From positions 496,001 through 560,000 of the forward strand of contig LSRY02000053.1 of the NCBI GenBank assembly GCA_001643675.2: DNA of 64,000 nt, read 5' to 3'. Numbering within the stretch: position 1 is the first letter of the stretch; each line of letters opens with the position of its first letter. The translations under genes and the position numbers were made by a program. Origin of the DNA: Monocercomonoides exilis PA203. Taxonomy: Eukaryota; Protista; Preaxostyla. The notes below the pieces were generated by a model that saw nothing but the letters and a program-made list of their open reading frames with translations, did not search any database and was not told where the DNA came from. Shown piece by piece: positions 49,401-62,600 of this stretch.

Positions 49401-52400
49401 CCAGCAGCATTTCTTCCATCAAGATTGACCAGCGGACAGTTCCCAATTATCAAGGATAATACAACAAAAGATGAAACAGACACATCACCTGCTGATACGG
49501 ACAAAAACACATAAGACAACGCTGATTGGGAATCTTGAAAACTCAGTGAGCAGCTATCAAACGAAAATGATTGTGATGAAGAACTGAAGAATATTTCGTG
49601 ATTTGGAAGAGTAGATGGAACAGAGAATATGAGTGATCTCAAATTCGCATTTGTATCCACAGTTATCATGCTTCCTTCACTTCCATCAGAATCATCAATC
49701 ACCTTCCATCCACTGTTTCCATCTTTCCCCCTGATTGTGTGCTTCAATGAGTCAAATGTCAGCTCATTTTTCACTTCGATCATCCCATCGATAACAATCT
49801 TCTTTTCCTCTTCTTGCCTCGTCAAACAATGCTTCAATGTCAGGCAGGGAAACTCAGCAAACCCACAAAGAGAGTGATTAAATGCGTCAATATTACTCAC
49901 AAAGATCTCATCTGGCAAAGAAATCAGATAAGCACAAAGTGGAATTGGAATTGAATCGTCTCCATTATCTAAACCCCGAATTTTGTTTATCGTTTCAAAT
50001 GAAGCGGTTAATAAAGTGATTTTCCCACTTTTTGCTATTGACTCCAAGTTGATCGAGTCAACAAAAATATCACTTCCCCATTTGGCTCTGTTCCCTTCAA
50101 ATGCTGATGAAATCTGAAACTCTGCATCTGTATCTTTCACTTTCAGTCCAATCCCTCCTCCTCTGCCTTGTATAGTCGATGCATAACAGTTTCTTATAAC
50201 GCCTCCATTCATCGTTAATGAACCAACGTTCCCCATTTCAATCATCACACCACCTCCAAAATCAGAATCTACACTCCCACTCTCATCAATCGTGCATCCC
50301 TCAACAGTTATCAACTGTGACCCTTCACCCACACTCATCAACGATGATCCGGCTGTTGTTCTCACAATATTGCTGAACACACCGTTATCCAGGTACAATG
50401 AAGCAGATGATCCTTGAGAAAGTGATATCACACTTGTGGTGCCGAATGTTCTGCCCCATCTCACATCTAGCATCTTCAACTCTCCCCCGTCCACTTTCAC
50501 AAGTGAGTTCTGAATGCTCCTCTCTTCTGAATGAGCTGCATCCATCGATATGTTCATTCGCTTCACATCCATCAACCCACTTCCCTCAACCTCAAACAGT
50601 CTGCATTGCCTGTTGTTTTCATATGAGGTGTTGTGAACCACTGACAGATCGCTCACACTCAACTCCCCTGTTCCAACACAAAACAGACACAATCCATTTC
50701 CCTTAAAATTTGTTTCAATGGATGAGCCAGCTGGTGAAATTCCATTCACAGTGATTGTTTTCTCCCCAACATCAATTCCTTTTCCTTCCACAACTATTCC
50801 ACTCAACACCTTGATTTCCTCCACAAACCCCACAATCATTTGAGTCAGACAATGGCTGATTGTGAGGCATGCACAGCTTTCATTCAATCCACAGCTATAT
50901 GTGTCTTTTGCATTTGAATGATTTTGAATTGAGGTAACAAATCTACATTTCCCTCCATCATTCGGAAGCCAATCGCTTTTATCTCCACCTGCATCATACC
51001 TAACCCCTTCAGATTGTGTTGAGTAACAAAATGCAATTTGGGAATCTGTGAAATTATCGTCCTCATGAATATCGTTACCAAATTTGGCTGTGTTATTGTG
51101 GAAAAAGCAAAACCACATTAAATTTTCGTTATATCCTTTTGTCATCATACTTACGGCTCCTCCTCTCCAATCTGAATGGCATCCTTGAAAAAGGCAATTG
51201 CGAGAGACAACTTTATCACTTGCATCCCAATTGAAAAATCCTCCTCCATCAGTGCTTGCTTCATTATTGCCACTGCAATTGCAGAAAAAACAATTCAAAA
51301 CACAATCTTTTGTATTGAATGTCTTTGATTTCCAAATTCCAAGTCCTCCGCCATCATTTTCTGACCATCCATCTTTGAATAGGCAATTTTCAACAAAAAC
51401 TTGAACTGTCATTCCTTCTATTTCTGCTCCTGCTCCTCCGAAATCTTTTTCAGAAAAATAAAAACACTCAACAAATGAACAATGCTTCACAGTGCATTCA
51501 GCAATGCTAAAAGCGTATATTCCTCCTCCTCTCGTTGAAGTTGCATTGCACTTCACAAATGATGAATTTTCAACTGTCAGTGTTGCACTCGAATTGTCAT
51601 GCACATACAACGCTCCTCCGCATGGAGCAGTGCACCCATTCCATTCAGCATTCAAATACGACTGATTTTGTGTTGTTTCATTTTGTTCAGTGTTTTTCGT
51701 CTTTAGATCCGTTCTTTCATTCTGAAAAAATGTGCAATTGTTACAAAAAAAGTTGACAGATCCTTCTGTTGCGCTCACAATCCCTCCCTCAAGCACATTC
51801 ATCGATCGTTCAACATTACAGTCCTCCATTTTGCTCATCCTCATCATCCTCTCTTTCCCAGTTTGTTTTTCCTCTATTTCACAATATTTCTTTGTTATAT
51901 TCGCAAATTTGCAGTTTTGAACGCATTCAAAACCTCCTGCCCCCTCTCTCAAAATGCTGCCTCCACTCCCACAAAACTCAACATCCTCAAACTCACTGTT
52001 TCTCACAAACAACGAAGACAAATCACCCCCTTCCATCTCCACCACACTCCATATCATTCCGCATTCCTGACCATTTCCAACACCCAAAGTTGTGTTTATC
52101 AGAGAGCATGTCCCTCCATTCCTCAAAAAATGACCATTCCACTCATTGTTTCTCACAAACACACAGTCATCAAGGTGCAGGAATGATTTTGCTTGAATAT
52201 CAAATGCTGCATCATAACCTTGCTTTTCCAACATTATTTCCTTTAATTCAGCTGATGAGTTGTGCACTCCGCTGAACAGTTGAACAACGGTTCCCAATGC
52301 AAAAATATGACTTTCCAACTGAGCAAAAATGTGACAAACGAAATGTCCATTCTTTTGTGTATCACTTCTATCTGTACCGCAAAATATCTAACACAAACAC

Positions 52401-52423
52401 TCAGCCAAAACATAAAGAATCAT
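43436..52423 (-). pseudogene. Large (~3,000-aa) Cys-rich beta-helix (PMP/pectin-lyase-like) type I receptor with TM helix and C-terminal kinase-like domain; interrupted
   Basis: ATG 52423 (MILYVLAECLC*), then repeated GGA(I/L/V), FxxN.A..G.D and D...CG...PC motifs; TM WVLIVIIMAAVLLIILIALVIFVVRWKK; kinase subdomains VIII-XI (RWKAPE, VFSIGMMLWECLTLQIPF, RP). One in-frame TAG and about 5 frameshifts, most at homopolymers. Confidence 0.82.
48249..50944 (-). repeat. Inverted duplication arm (>=2,696 bp), partner 61305-64000
   Basis: Identical antisense ORF translations (49011..49514/62735..63238, 50398..50706/61543..61851, 48468..48839/63410..63781); ends checked by eye. Confidence 0.95.
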
Positions 52424-53039
52424 GGTAATTTGATTATAATGGTTTTTTTATTTAACCATTTTTTGAATGCTTATCAAAAAGAATATAATGCACTGAAAAA
52501 ATACAAATTCTTTCTCTCTAACTTCCATTTGAAATAACTATTATTTCATTTATTTTTGTGCATTTCATTATCGAAATTTTCTTTTTTGCTTCTCTTTATC
52601 ACTTTGATTTTTTCCCATCTTAATTTGGAATGACAACAATTTAGATGCTTTTTCAATGATGGAATCTCTAAGATGGAATGTCCTTTCCATGATAATTATT
52701 ATTTCAATGAAGATAATTCTTTTCTTGCATGTGCAGGCTGTATTTAAAGAAAAAAAATTCAAAAATAAAGAATGATAATAATTTCAAATGAAATGTGCTT
52801 TTTTGATAAAAAAACTTTGAATAAATAAAGAGATGTGTTTAAAGTTTGAAAAGTTTATTTGATTCACATCAATAATCACATCATTTCAAAACCGATGTTG
52901 TTTCGAAAACGTCATTCTGAAGAATCTTAAAGATAATTTTTTCCTTTCATCTCTCTTCCTTGTCTTTCGCTTTGTCCCTTCACAATTTCTGAATCATCAT
53001 TATTTCTTCTGAGCAGTTTTGTTTTGTCAATCACAATTA

Positions 53040-53488
53040 CAGTCCAAACCGGATAAAATCACATCGAATATTATCAACATCGTTAATTGTCACATATTTC
53101 CAAGCACCTACTTTTTTGCCTATTTCTCATTCATTTTCCATTTCAGACAATCACAAGGATAAAAATATACAAACATATTATGTTTTTTTGTGGGTTCATT
53201 TTTCAATAAAAAATTGATTTTTTGATCAAAAATTTTAATTTTTCGCTTTTTCAAAAATATACTCAAATAAGTCAAAATAATGTGTTTTAATGATCAAAAT
53301 TGTTCAAGCAAGTGAAAAAAGTGTTTTTGTGAAGAATTTTCAAAAATGAAAAAATTGACCCAAAATTAATTATTTCTAAAATTAATTTTTATTTTTTTCT
53401 GTGTGAAGCAGCATCGTGTATAATCACAATCGGATAAAGTCACAAAAAGTTGTGCAAAACCCGATGTGATTATATCCGGTTTTGACTG
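53040..53488. mobile_element. pogo/Tigger-type MITE (449 bp)
   Basis: 27-bp TIRs CAGTCCAAACCGGATAAAATCACATCG / CGATGTGATTATATCCGGTTTTGACTG (2 mismatches); TA on the left, CA on the right; subterminal AATCACA/GGATAA repeats. Confidence 0.85.
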
Positions 53489-53611
53489 CATCTTCTCTTT
53501 TTTTTATATTTCTTTTATTTCTCGAGCTTCATCTTCAAAGCATTCAAAATTACCAAAAAATTTCTTTTGAATCATCAATAATCTTCTTCCCCAATTCAAA
53601 GCAGATCTTTC

Positions 53612-56600
53612 GGCAAGTTCCAAGTATATGGACCATCGATAAAAAATTCTTTTCATAAAGAATACGAAAGAAAACGTTATATTAATTAATTTAAAATTAG
53701 TTTTATTTGTCGAAAATGCAATGTTAATAACTTTCTATTTCTTCATTTGATTTATCCCACAATTTTTTCAAAACTATCCAATTTTTATTTAAATTTATTA
53801 ATGAAGGATTGGAGCTTTATCATCTCATAAAAAGGAATTAAATTGTTTTATTTTATTATTGTTTGCTTTAAACTTTTTTATTAATTTTCACATCATCATT
53901 TTTGACTGTTATTATTCAAAACAAATAAAATCTTTGTGTTTTCATTCTATTTTGAAAGTTCTTTACCTATATTTAGGATATGAATAACATTATTTGAAAG
54001 CTTTCTTCAAGGAACTGTTATTGTGTGCAATTTGATCTTCTAAAAGAATTTTCAAACTGAATTCAATAAAAAAAATTTATGGCAGTAATCCAGAATATTG
54101 AAGAGATCAAGCATTTGCTTCTTTGCACGATATGAAAGAGGAAAGACTTGCATTGATAATGAATTTTGTGACTGAGAGGAAACAGCAGACACAACAAATA
54201 AAGACCACTCTTTGAAGTTAACTCCAGTCAATGCTGCAGTGGAGTTTGAGAAAATCTCATTTAATGATTTACCTGCTATTTGCATTTATAAAGACAACGA
54301 AGAATACAAAGATGAAGGAGATTTAGATGAAGTTAAAGCAAAAGAAATCCGAACAAATCATTTTTCACAAAACGCTTCTGCTGATGGCTGTTTCCTTGAT
54401 TCATGCAAGTTGATCACCGAGAAAGAAACATTATTTAAACATCAACAATTACGCTCAACACAAATAATGATGTTTAACAACTACTCTGAATCTTCTTATG
54501 TGATTACGCAGTCGCCGAGCGTCAGATTTCCGCTCCTCACTCCAAATACAGAGTGATGCGATGAAGCAAACCCCGATCCAAATACGATGTTTATCTTCAA
54601 AAACTGGCTTTCCAGCGAAGAGGATACAACATAATTCGATTTTCCATCTGATTTTGTGATTTCCCGAGCTAAATAAAACAGCAGCCTGCGTATCTCCAAC
54701 AACCTGAACCATCACACGATGAATGATTGTTTCAATTGAACAATAACTTTTCCCATTACAAACATTTTTTGAGATGATCCTTCGTTGAGATGCAGCGCAG
54801 ACTTGCTGAGTGTGGCACACGAATCTGATCTTTAACCACATTCCTTATTGTCTGTCCCTTCTTCTACAGACACAAATATCCGCTCTGACTTTTTAAACAC
54901 AATAAACAAGACCAAATCAATAGGAACTTTGTTCAGCTGATCAGTGCAATAGATTGCATTAGTCTTATCGAATGACAGTTCTTCGAAATCCATTACAAAT
55001 AGGGTTTCATTGATTAAGTCAGAGATTGATCGGCAAATTATGAAAAGATACTTATCTTCTTTAGCTCTGTTAAAAGAAAACCTGACTTAGCGAAAAGTAA
55101 TTGGAAGACCTTTTCAATACTTATAAAAAAGCATTTGAATTGTCTGGATTGTACAAGCAATTCAATGCAATTGCGCCTCCTTTTCCCTCAGTCGTTGAAC
55201 ATGCGCACCCTTCAAAAGTTGATAGATTAACCTGCATGCATCCCTCATTTGCCCAGCAGCAAGTCGAAAAGTCCGAGCTTTCCTTTATCCATACAAAATA
55301 GACTCCTTCCAGAAGAAACTGGCTATAGCAATTGCTGAATGTCGAGTTATCCATCGCCAGCGCAACAGACAACGTGCTCTCATAAGAAATGATCGATGCC
55401 TTCGCATTTGTGCTGCGGATGAGAAGCCACTGAAGATTCTCCAGTCTGATTTCGCTCGCTTCTTTGCTCGCATTCGTTTCTTTGCCATTCCCTGATAAGA
55501 TTGATTCCTCATTCCGCTTCTCTTCCGCATCGATCACAGAAATAAACAATCCATCTGCAAAATTCAGAACATCAACAGAAAATGCACTTGCCACAAAATG
55601 TGCAGCCGGCGCAGCAAGTCGGATGGCCGATGTTGCTAAGGAGAGCTCGGCCATTTTGGACTCTTCAATCGAAAGTGTTCCAGACGAAACATGGAAAAGC
55701 ACAAACAAAAAGCCTTCTTCTGCTGTCTGCACAGCAAATGAGCATTTGGTAAGCGAAACTGTTTCCGTCTCGGTGAAAAGAAGTTCCTTTTGCGATATTT
55801 CGAAAGACGAAGTCAGGCAGATGTTGATGGATGTGAAGGTGAGCATAAGCTTGTTTGTGAGCACAGCCTCAGAAGGCTCAGAAAGAGATTGAATAGCTTT
55901 TCCCACATTGATTGTGCATTCATCAGAGGAAGTCTCATCAGAAGAGGAAGAAGAAGGATAACCAGGAGAAGAAGGAACAGCTGGGCTTATTGAGCTGTTT
56001 GAAAGGTCACACTCGTCTGAAATGGCTGCACTTGTGTTGATTTTGATTTCTTTGAACTGAATTCATTCTCTGAAATGCCTCATACCTTCCCAAAACGACA
56101 GACAAGGAACCCATTTCGATCCACATCCAATGACATCCCTTCCATTTAAAGAGATCATAACAGAATTGCTTACGTATTTGAATAGCAGCATGTCCAAAGA
56201 AATGCCTTCTGTAAAGTTCACTTCATCTTCCCCAAAGAAAGCTGTTGTGTTTCTCCAGTCAGTCCAATCAAACATCAACCTTTCAATGACAACAGAGGCA
56301 TTTAAATCGGAGCTCAATATGAACATGTTTCTTCCAACAAATGCTTCATTCTCAGAAAACACCAAATAAGAAAAAGAAAACCCATAGATCGAATAACAAC
56401 ATCTCAGATCCAAAAACCCTCCTATTCCTTTGAAAGTCGAACAAACGCAAACAATTCACAATACACATCATTCATCAGATCATTCGCCACAATGAACATG
56501 TCTCTTCCCTGGTGTGCCTTGTTTCCTCCAACACTTATCTCTGAAAATGAATATGTATCATTGTTGTCTGTTGCACATGTCAAATAGATTCCTCTAACAC

Positions 56601-57462
56601 ATCCTTCAAAACAACTGCAGATTCTGTCCGTCACTCCCACTTTCCTCATCTTCAGATGTCCATCTGCAACTTTCAGCTCAAAAGTCATAGCTCCTCCATT
56701 TTTGAATCCTTCAGATCCGAGTGTTTGGTACGTGCATCCAACAACTTCGACTTCGAAGATGTTCAAAAGATTGAATATCGAAGAACACGGATTTGAAACT
56801 CCGTTGTTAACTCTGCTGAATGAAGAAGATTGCAATTGAAGAACAAATGTTGAAAAATCCTCTTAGTCTTCAAATTTTTTCTTTTTTCGTTTTTTCTTTT
56901 TTGGGAAAGATACGAAAAAATAAATAAATTTATCATTGATATTTTGCTAAAGATTCTAATTGTTGAAAATGAATAGGAATCAAGATCGTCGATGAAATAA
57001 ACGAAAAAACTGAATTTTGATTTGCATATTCAATCATAAATTTTATTTGTGAAAAATCTGTTCATTCTCAACATTTGACCATTTTTTGATGTTTTCGAAA
57101 TTCGTGCATTCTTTTGTGCTCGAAATAACCTGTTTGAAAGAAAAAACTCAATTGTATCAATCTCGGTTGATAAAACATTGAAAAGAGTTGGCATGCAAAT
57201 GTTTTGTATTTCTCAAGATATGAGCACAACAAAGACAATAATGGAAAAATGTGCAACGTTTTCAATTGATAAAAAATGAAAGAATAAAAAACAATGATTG
57301 TTTGAAAATAATTATGGGATAAATCAAATGAAGAAATAGAAAGTTATTAACATTGCATTTTCGACAAATAAAACTAATTTTAAATTAATTAATATAACGT
57401 TTTCTTTCGTATTCTTTATGAAAAGAATTTTTTATCGATGGTCCATATACTTGGAACTTGCC
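53612..57462. mobile_element. Non-autonomous TIR element (Merlin-like) carrying a host receptor-gene fragment
   Basis: Perfect 148-bp TIRs 53612-53759/57315-57462 starting GGCAAGTTCC; 8-bp TSD GATCTTTC at 53604-53611 and 57463-57470; no transposase recognised inside. Confidence 0.9.
54052..56860 (-). pseudogene. Internal fragment of a beta-helix receptor-family gene (cargo of the TIR element)
   Basis: KNGGAMTF, GNKAHQGRDMFI, FSENEAFVGRNMFI, GRDVIGCGSKWVPC, GKGGAIALNC in successive broken ORFs; no signal peptide, TM or kinase seen. Confidence 0.8.
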
Positions 57463-58439
57463 GATCTTTCTTTTTTATATGTTTTCTTCTTCCAATCCTC
57501 TTTCATGATTCTTTGTTTATGATTGTTTTGAAAGATCCTGGAAAACATTCTTTCCGAGTTTTTATTTCTTTTTTTGCAAAATAGATATTATTCATCTTCA
57601 ATCTATCGGAAAGAAAAATTATTGGACAACAGCATTGAATCAAATTCTTCATAACTTTTTTGTAAATCTTTTTATCTCTTTATTCTTTAAATATTTTCTT
57701 CAATATTTTTCATAAAAAGATGATAAATAGATGAATCAATGAAGAAAAAAAGAAATAAATAAAAAACCTTTAATTTTGTTTGTGAATCCATTGTTGCCAA
57801 TAAGCAATTTGCTTTTTTATTCTGTTTTTTAGTCAAATGCATCTTTTTTCATTGCATCCCCTTTTTGTAAGCGAACTTTTTCCATGGATGCAAATCAGCA
57901 TTGAAAAGAAACTTGAGTCAGAAAATTAATCCATTTCATCTTCAAAGCGCTTTGGTCTTTCTCAACAAGCGTTATTTATTCAAAAAACTCTATAAAGCAG
58001 AACTGTTTTATTTCGAGATAAAAATTGGGCTTCCGTTTGAAAACAATAAAGGAATATTAAATTCAAATCGAAAAAAAACTTTTGTGTCTTTCCTTCATGC
58101 AGAATAATCCATTTTCTGCTATCATCAAATATCTGGGAGAGAAAAAATGTCCCTTTTAAATCATTTGAGCAAGAAAATAATTCTTGAATATTATTAGGAA
58201 GAACGGCAAATATGACCTTTTGAGGAAAAGATTTTTTTGGTTTGTTTTGATAACTGTGTTTAACAAATAAAAGTGTGTTCATGTTTTTTCTGAAATGAAA
58301 ATCAAATTGCGTAAATGTGTTTTCATTAAAAAATAATGGTTTTTTTTCCAGAGAATCAAAAGAAAATGATCATTTCTTTTCGATTCAATCCAAATTTGTT
58401 TTGAACTGAAAAAAAGTTCATATGTTGTTTGAGACATTT

Positions 58440-59256
58440 AAAAATGAAATGAAAGTTCAGCAATGGATGTTTTGAACCAAACTGAAAAGAAAAGTCCCTA
58501 TATGCAGGAGACATAGAATTCCAACGAATTTAATAAGAGAGAATACAGGGAAGAAATGTTGGATGTGCAAAAAATGAAGGGCAAAACTGTCGTTATTTCA
58601 TGAATGTCAGTTTTAATGAAATGCACATCAAAATAGGAAAAGTGCTGATGATTATTCTCTTTTTTTGGATAGGAATGACCATCAAACATGGAAGTCTTCA
58701 ACTCAATATTCACAGGCACTCAGTCGGTTTTTGGTTCGGTGCATGTAGATAGGCTTGCATACAGCCCCTAATAAACAAGTCTATTCAACTTGGAGTTGAA
58801 GTCAAGATTGAAGAAATAGATGAATGTTAATTACATCGAAGAAAATATCGAAGAGGAAAATACAAGAGGCAACAATGGATTTTGTGGGCAATCGAAAGAA
58901 GAGAATGTCAGCAAGTTGGGGGAAAAATGCTATGGATCCTCAAAGATCGTTCAAGAAACTCTTTGTTGCCAATTTTTAAACAGCGCATATTGCCTGGAAC
59001 GACTGTAATGAGTGATTCTTGGAGAGCATATGCAACATTTGCAAAAGAAGGCTATTTTCATAAAATTGTTATACACGATCGACATTATGCGGGTCCTGTA
59101 ACAGGAGCATGCACAAACACTGTTGAAGGGATGTGGCTTTATTTCAAAGAGTTTCTACCAGTTTCTGGAATGAGAGATGCGTTTATTCAAGACAACATTT
59201 CTTCATTCATTGTCAAAAATTGCTTCAATTTGACCTTTTCTGAATTTGTTGAGTAA
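58440..59256 (+). pseudogene. Merlin / IS1595 (ISXO2-like) DDE transposase, degenerate
   Basis: Zn-ribbon remnant CRRH...CWMCKK, EIDEC*LHRRKYRRG, WILWAIER, LLPIFKQRILPGTTVMSDSWRAY, H..VIH, PVTGACTNTVEGMW. Confidence 0.88.
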
Positions 59257-59696
59257 GTTTACAAAAAAAACATGAAGAAATTATAATTGTGAAAATTATG
59301 AATAAAATGATAAGGAGCATTATTTGCCAGATTTTGATTGCAAAGTTCAGAACAACTGCAAAAATGAATTTCCAACAGTGAAGATTTATTTGGAGCGAGC
59401 TGCTGTGAATCAGCTTCTAAATTCGCTGAATAATTTTTTTTTTGAATTTTGCCATAAAAAATTTTTTTTTATTTTTGTATTAACTAATTCATCACACATT
59501 CAACGGTTTGAATTACATTTTTGCAATTTGTTTTTAATGGACATTTGAAACATGTGGAAAACAGTGAAATAAACTCATGAAACATTGAATTCTGATTTTC
59601 ATTTTTATGATAAGAAAATGAATTATTAGTATTGTTATTGATTTCTATATTGGTACATTGATCAGCAAACGATAAAGAAAAACAGCATTTGAATAT

Positions 59697-62600
59697 ATGA
59701 AACACAAGAATGTCATTTTCAGATATCAAACAATAATGAATATCTTGTTCTTAAAAGTGTTTTGTTGTTTGAAAAATTCAAATGAAATTATCAAATCACA
59801 AGATAGTTTTTTTCTGCAAAATGGTTGCGAAAAACCAACAACAAACTGCGCAAACATTTTTGAGACAGGGGCTTATTATAAAGAAAAAGAACATAACTAT
59901 TTCGAAAGCTCAAATAATCAATCTTTGATTGTTAGCAATCCTTCAAATTTTGGAGCATTTCTAACTGAAATCAAATGTAATGTGAAAGAAACAAATTCAA
60001 CAATCAGAGTGTTATCATTAAGATTCAAGTCATTTGTATCGAAGAATATCATATCAATTGACACTTGTTCAAAGTGTAATTTTGAACAAATAACAATTGC
60101 TGCTTCAAAAAACATGAAAGTTTCTCCTTTTCATTGTCTTGGTTTATTCAATCTCTTCAATGTTTCATATCAGTCTCCAAAATATCAACCAATGAGCAGC
60201 CTTTTTTCAACATCACTAACAGCCTCACTGATATTATCTGAATCAACATTCAGCAACAATGTGATTTTGAATTGTGGAAGCATTCTTCATTCTGGATGTT
60301 GCAATTCTGAAGTTATTTCAAAATGTTCATTTTTCAATATCACTCGATATCATTTGACGAATTATGAAAAAGAGAGATGTGGAATCTTGAAAAGTGTTCT
60401 TGACAATTGTCATATATGTGATTTAACAAATGCGCTTGAAGGAGGAATCATTTGTGGAACTGTTCATTCTTCTTCATTTTCATCAACAAATTCGTCATTT
60501 ATAAATAATATGAGAATCGAAAACTTGCTGAACAAAAAGAACAGATTGAGTACAACAGAGACCCAATTCTTTGAGTTGAGTGAATGGATCAATGAAACAG
60601 CTGAATGTGGGGGTGCACTTTATGTTCACGACAGTCCGAATACAACACTTTCTGTTCATAATTCTTCATTTTTTTATTGTAAGGCGACAAAAACATATGG
60701 AGGAGGAATCTTTGCAAAGAATGTGTCAGAGGTTGCAACAAATAACAGTATTTTTAAAAATTGCTCCTGTGCCATGCTCGAAAGTGATGGTGGTGGAGGA
60801 GGGTCTTGTTTCAACAAAATTCTGATAAATGCGTTTGCTTCGAATTGTCTTTTCGAAGATTGTTGGTCAGGAAATGATGGAGGTGGTATTAGCGTTTGGT
60901 ATTGTTCTTGTCAAATCCAAGATGCGTGCCTTATTGGTTGCTTGTTTAACAACTGCAGCGGAAACAGTGAAACAAGTTCGGCTGGAGGTGCCTGCGATAT
61001 TGTTTATAATTTCTTAAAAAAGTGTTGCATTTCGTGTTGTTTCATGAATAGTGTTTCAAAAAATGGTGGAGGAGCTATGTATGTTGATGATAATATGATT
61101 TCACAAGAAATGCAACTGTTCTTTTGTTTCTTTCACAACAACTTTGCCAAAACAGTTGGTCATGATGTTATTCTTCTCAATGCAATAAAAAATCTTATTG
61201 ACGAAACATGTGTTTCTACAAGGTCCATGAATAATAGAGTCACAACTTCATGGTCTATTGAATCTGACAAAAGTGAATGGCTGCCTAACAATTTCAATAA
61301 CTTCAGATTTGTTACCTCAATTCAAAATCATTCAAATGCAAAAGACACATATAGCTGTGGATTGAATGAAAGCTGTGCATGCCTCACAATCAGCCATTGT
61401 CTGACTCAAATGATTGTGGGGTTTGTGGAGGAAATCAAGGTGTTGAGTGGAATAGTTGTGGAAGGAAAAGGAATTGATGTTGGGGAGAAAACAATCACTG
61501 TGAATGGAATTTCACCAGCTGGCTCATCCATTGAAACAAATTTTAAGGGAAATGGATTGTGTCTGTTTTGTGTTGGAACAGGGGAGTTGAGTGTGAGCGA
61601 TCTGTCAGTGGTTCACAACACCTCATATGAAAACAACAGGCAATGCAGACTGTTTGAGGTTGAGGGAAGTGGGTTGATGGATGTGAAGCGAATGAACATA
61701 TCGATGGATGCAGCTCATTCAGAAGAGAGGAGCATTCAGAACTCACTTGTGAAAGTGGACGGGGGAGAGTTGAAGATGCTAGATGTGAGATGGGGCAGAA
61801 CATTCGGCACCACAAGTGTGATATCACTTTCTCAAGGATCATCTGCTTCATTGTACCTGGATAACGGTGTGTTCAGCAATATTGTGAGAACAACAGCCGG
61901 ATCATCGTTGATGAGTGTGGGTGAAGGGTCACAGTTGATAACTGTTGAGGGATGCACGATTGATGAGAGTGGGAGTGTAGATTCTGATTTTGGAGGTGGT
62001 GTGATGATTGAAATGGGGAACGTTGGTTCATTAACGATGAATGGAGGCGTTATAAGAAACTGTTATGCATCGACTATACAAGGCAGAGGAGGAGGGATTG
62101 GACTGAAAGTGAAAGATACAGATGCAGAGTTTCAGATTTCATCAGCATTTGAAGGGAACAGAGCCAAATGGGGAAGTGATATTTTTGTTGACTCGATCAA
62201 CTTGGAGTCAATAGCAAAAAGTGGGAAAATCACTTTATTAACCGCTTCATTTGAAACGATAAACAAAATTCGGGGTTTAGATAATGGAGACGATTCAATT
62301 CCAATTCCACTTTGTGCTTATCTGATTTCTTTGCCAGATGAGATCTTTGTGAGTAATATTGACGCATTTAATCACTCTCTTTGTGGGTTTGCTGAGTTTC
62401 CCTGCCTGACATTGAAGCATTGTTTGACGAGGCAAGAAGAGGAAAAGAAGATTGTTATCGATGGGATGATCGAAGTGAAAAATGAGCTGACATTTGACTC
62501 ATTGAAGCACACAATCAGGGGGAAAGATGGAAACAGTGGATGGAAGGTGATTGATGATTCTGATGGAAGTGAAGGAAGCATGATAACTGTGGATACAAAT

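Noticed and set aside
57500-59600. TIRs bounding the Merlin transposase remnant
   Set aside because: No GGCAAGTTCC-like or other convincing inverted pair found by eye, so its link to the pack element stays inferential.
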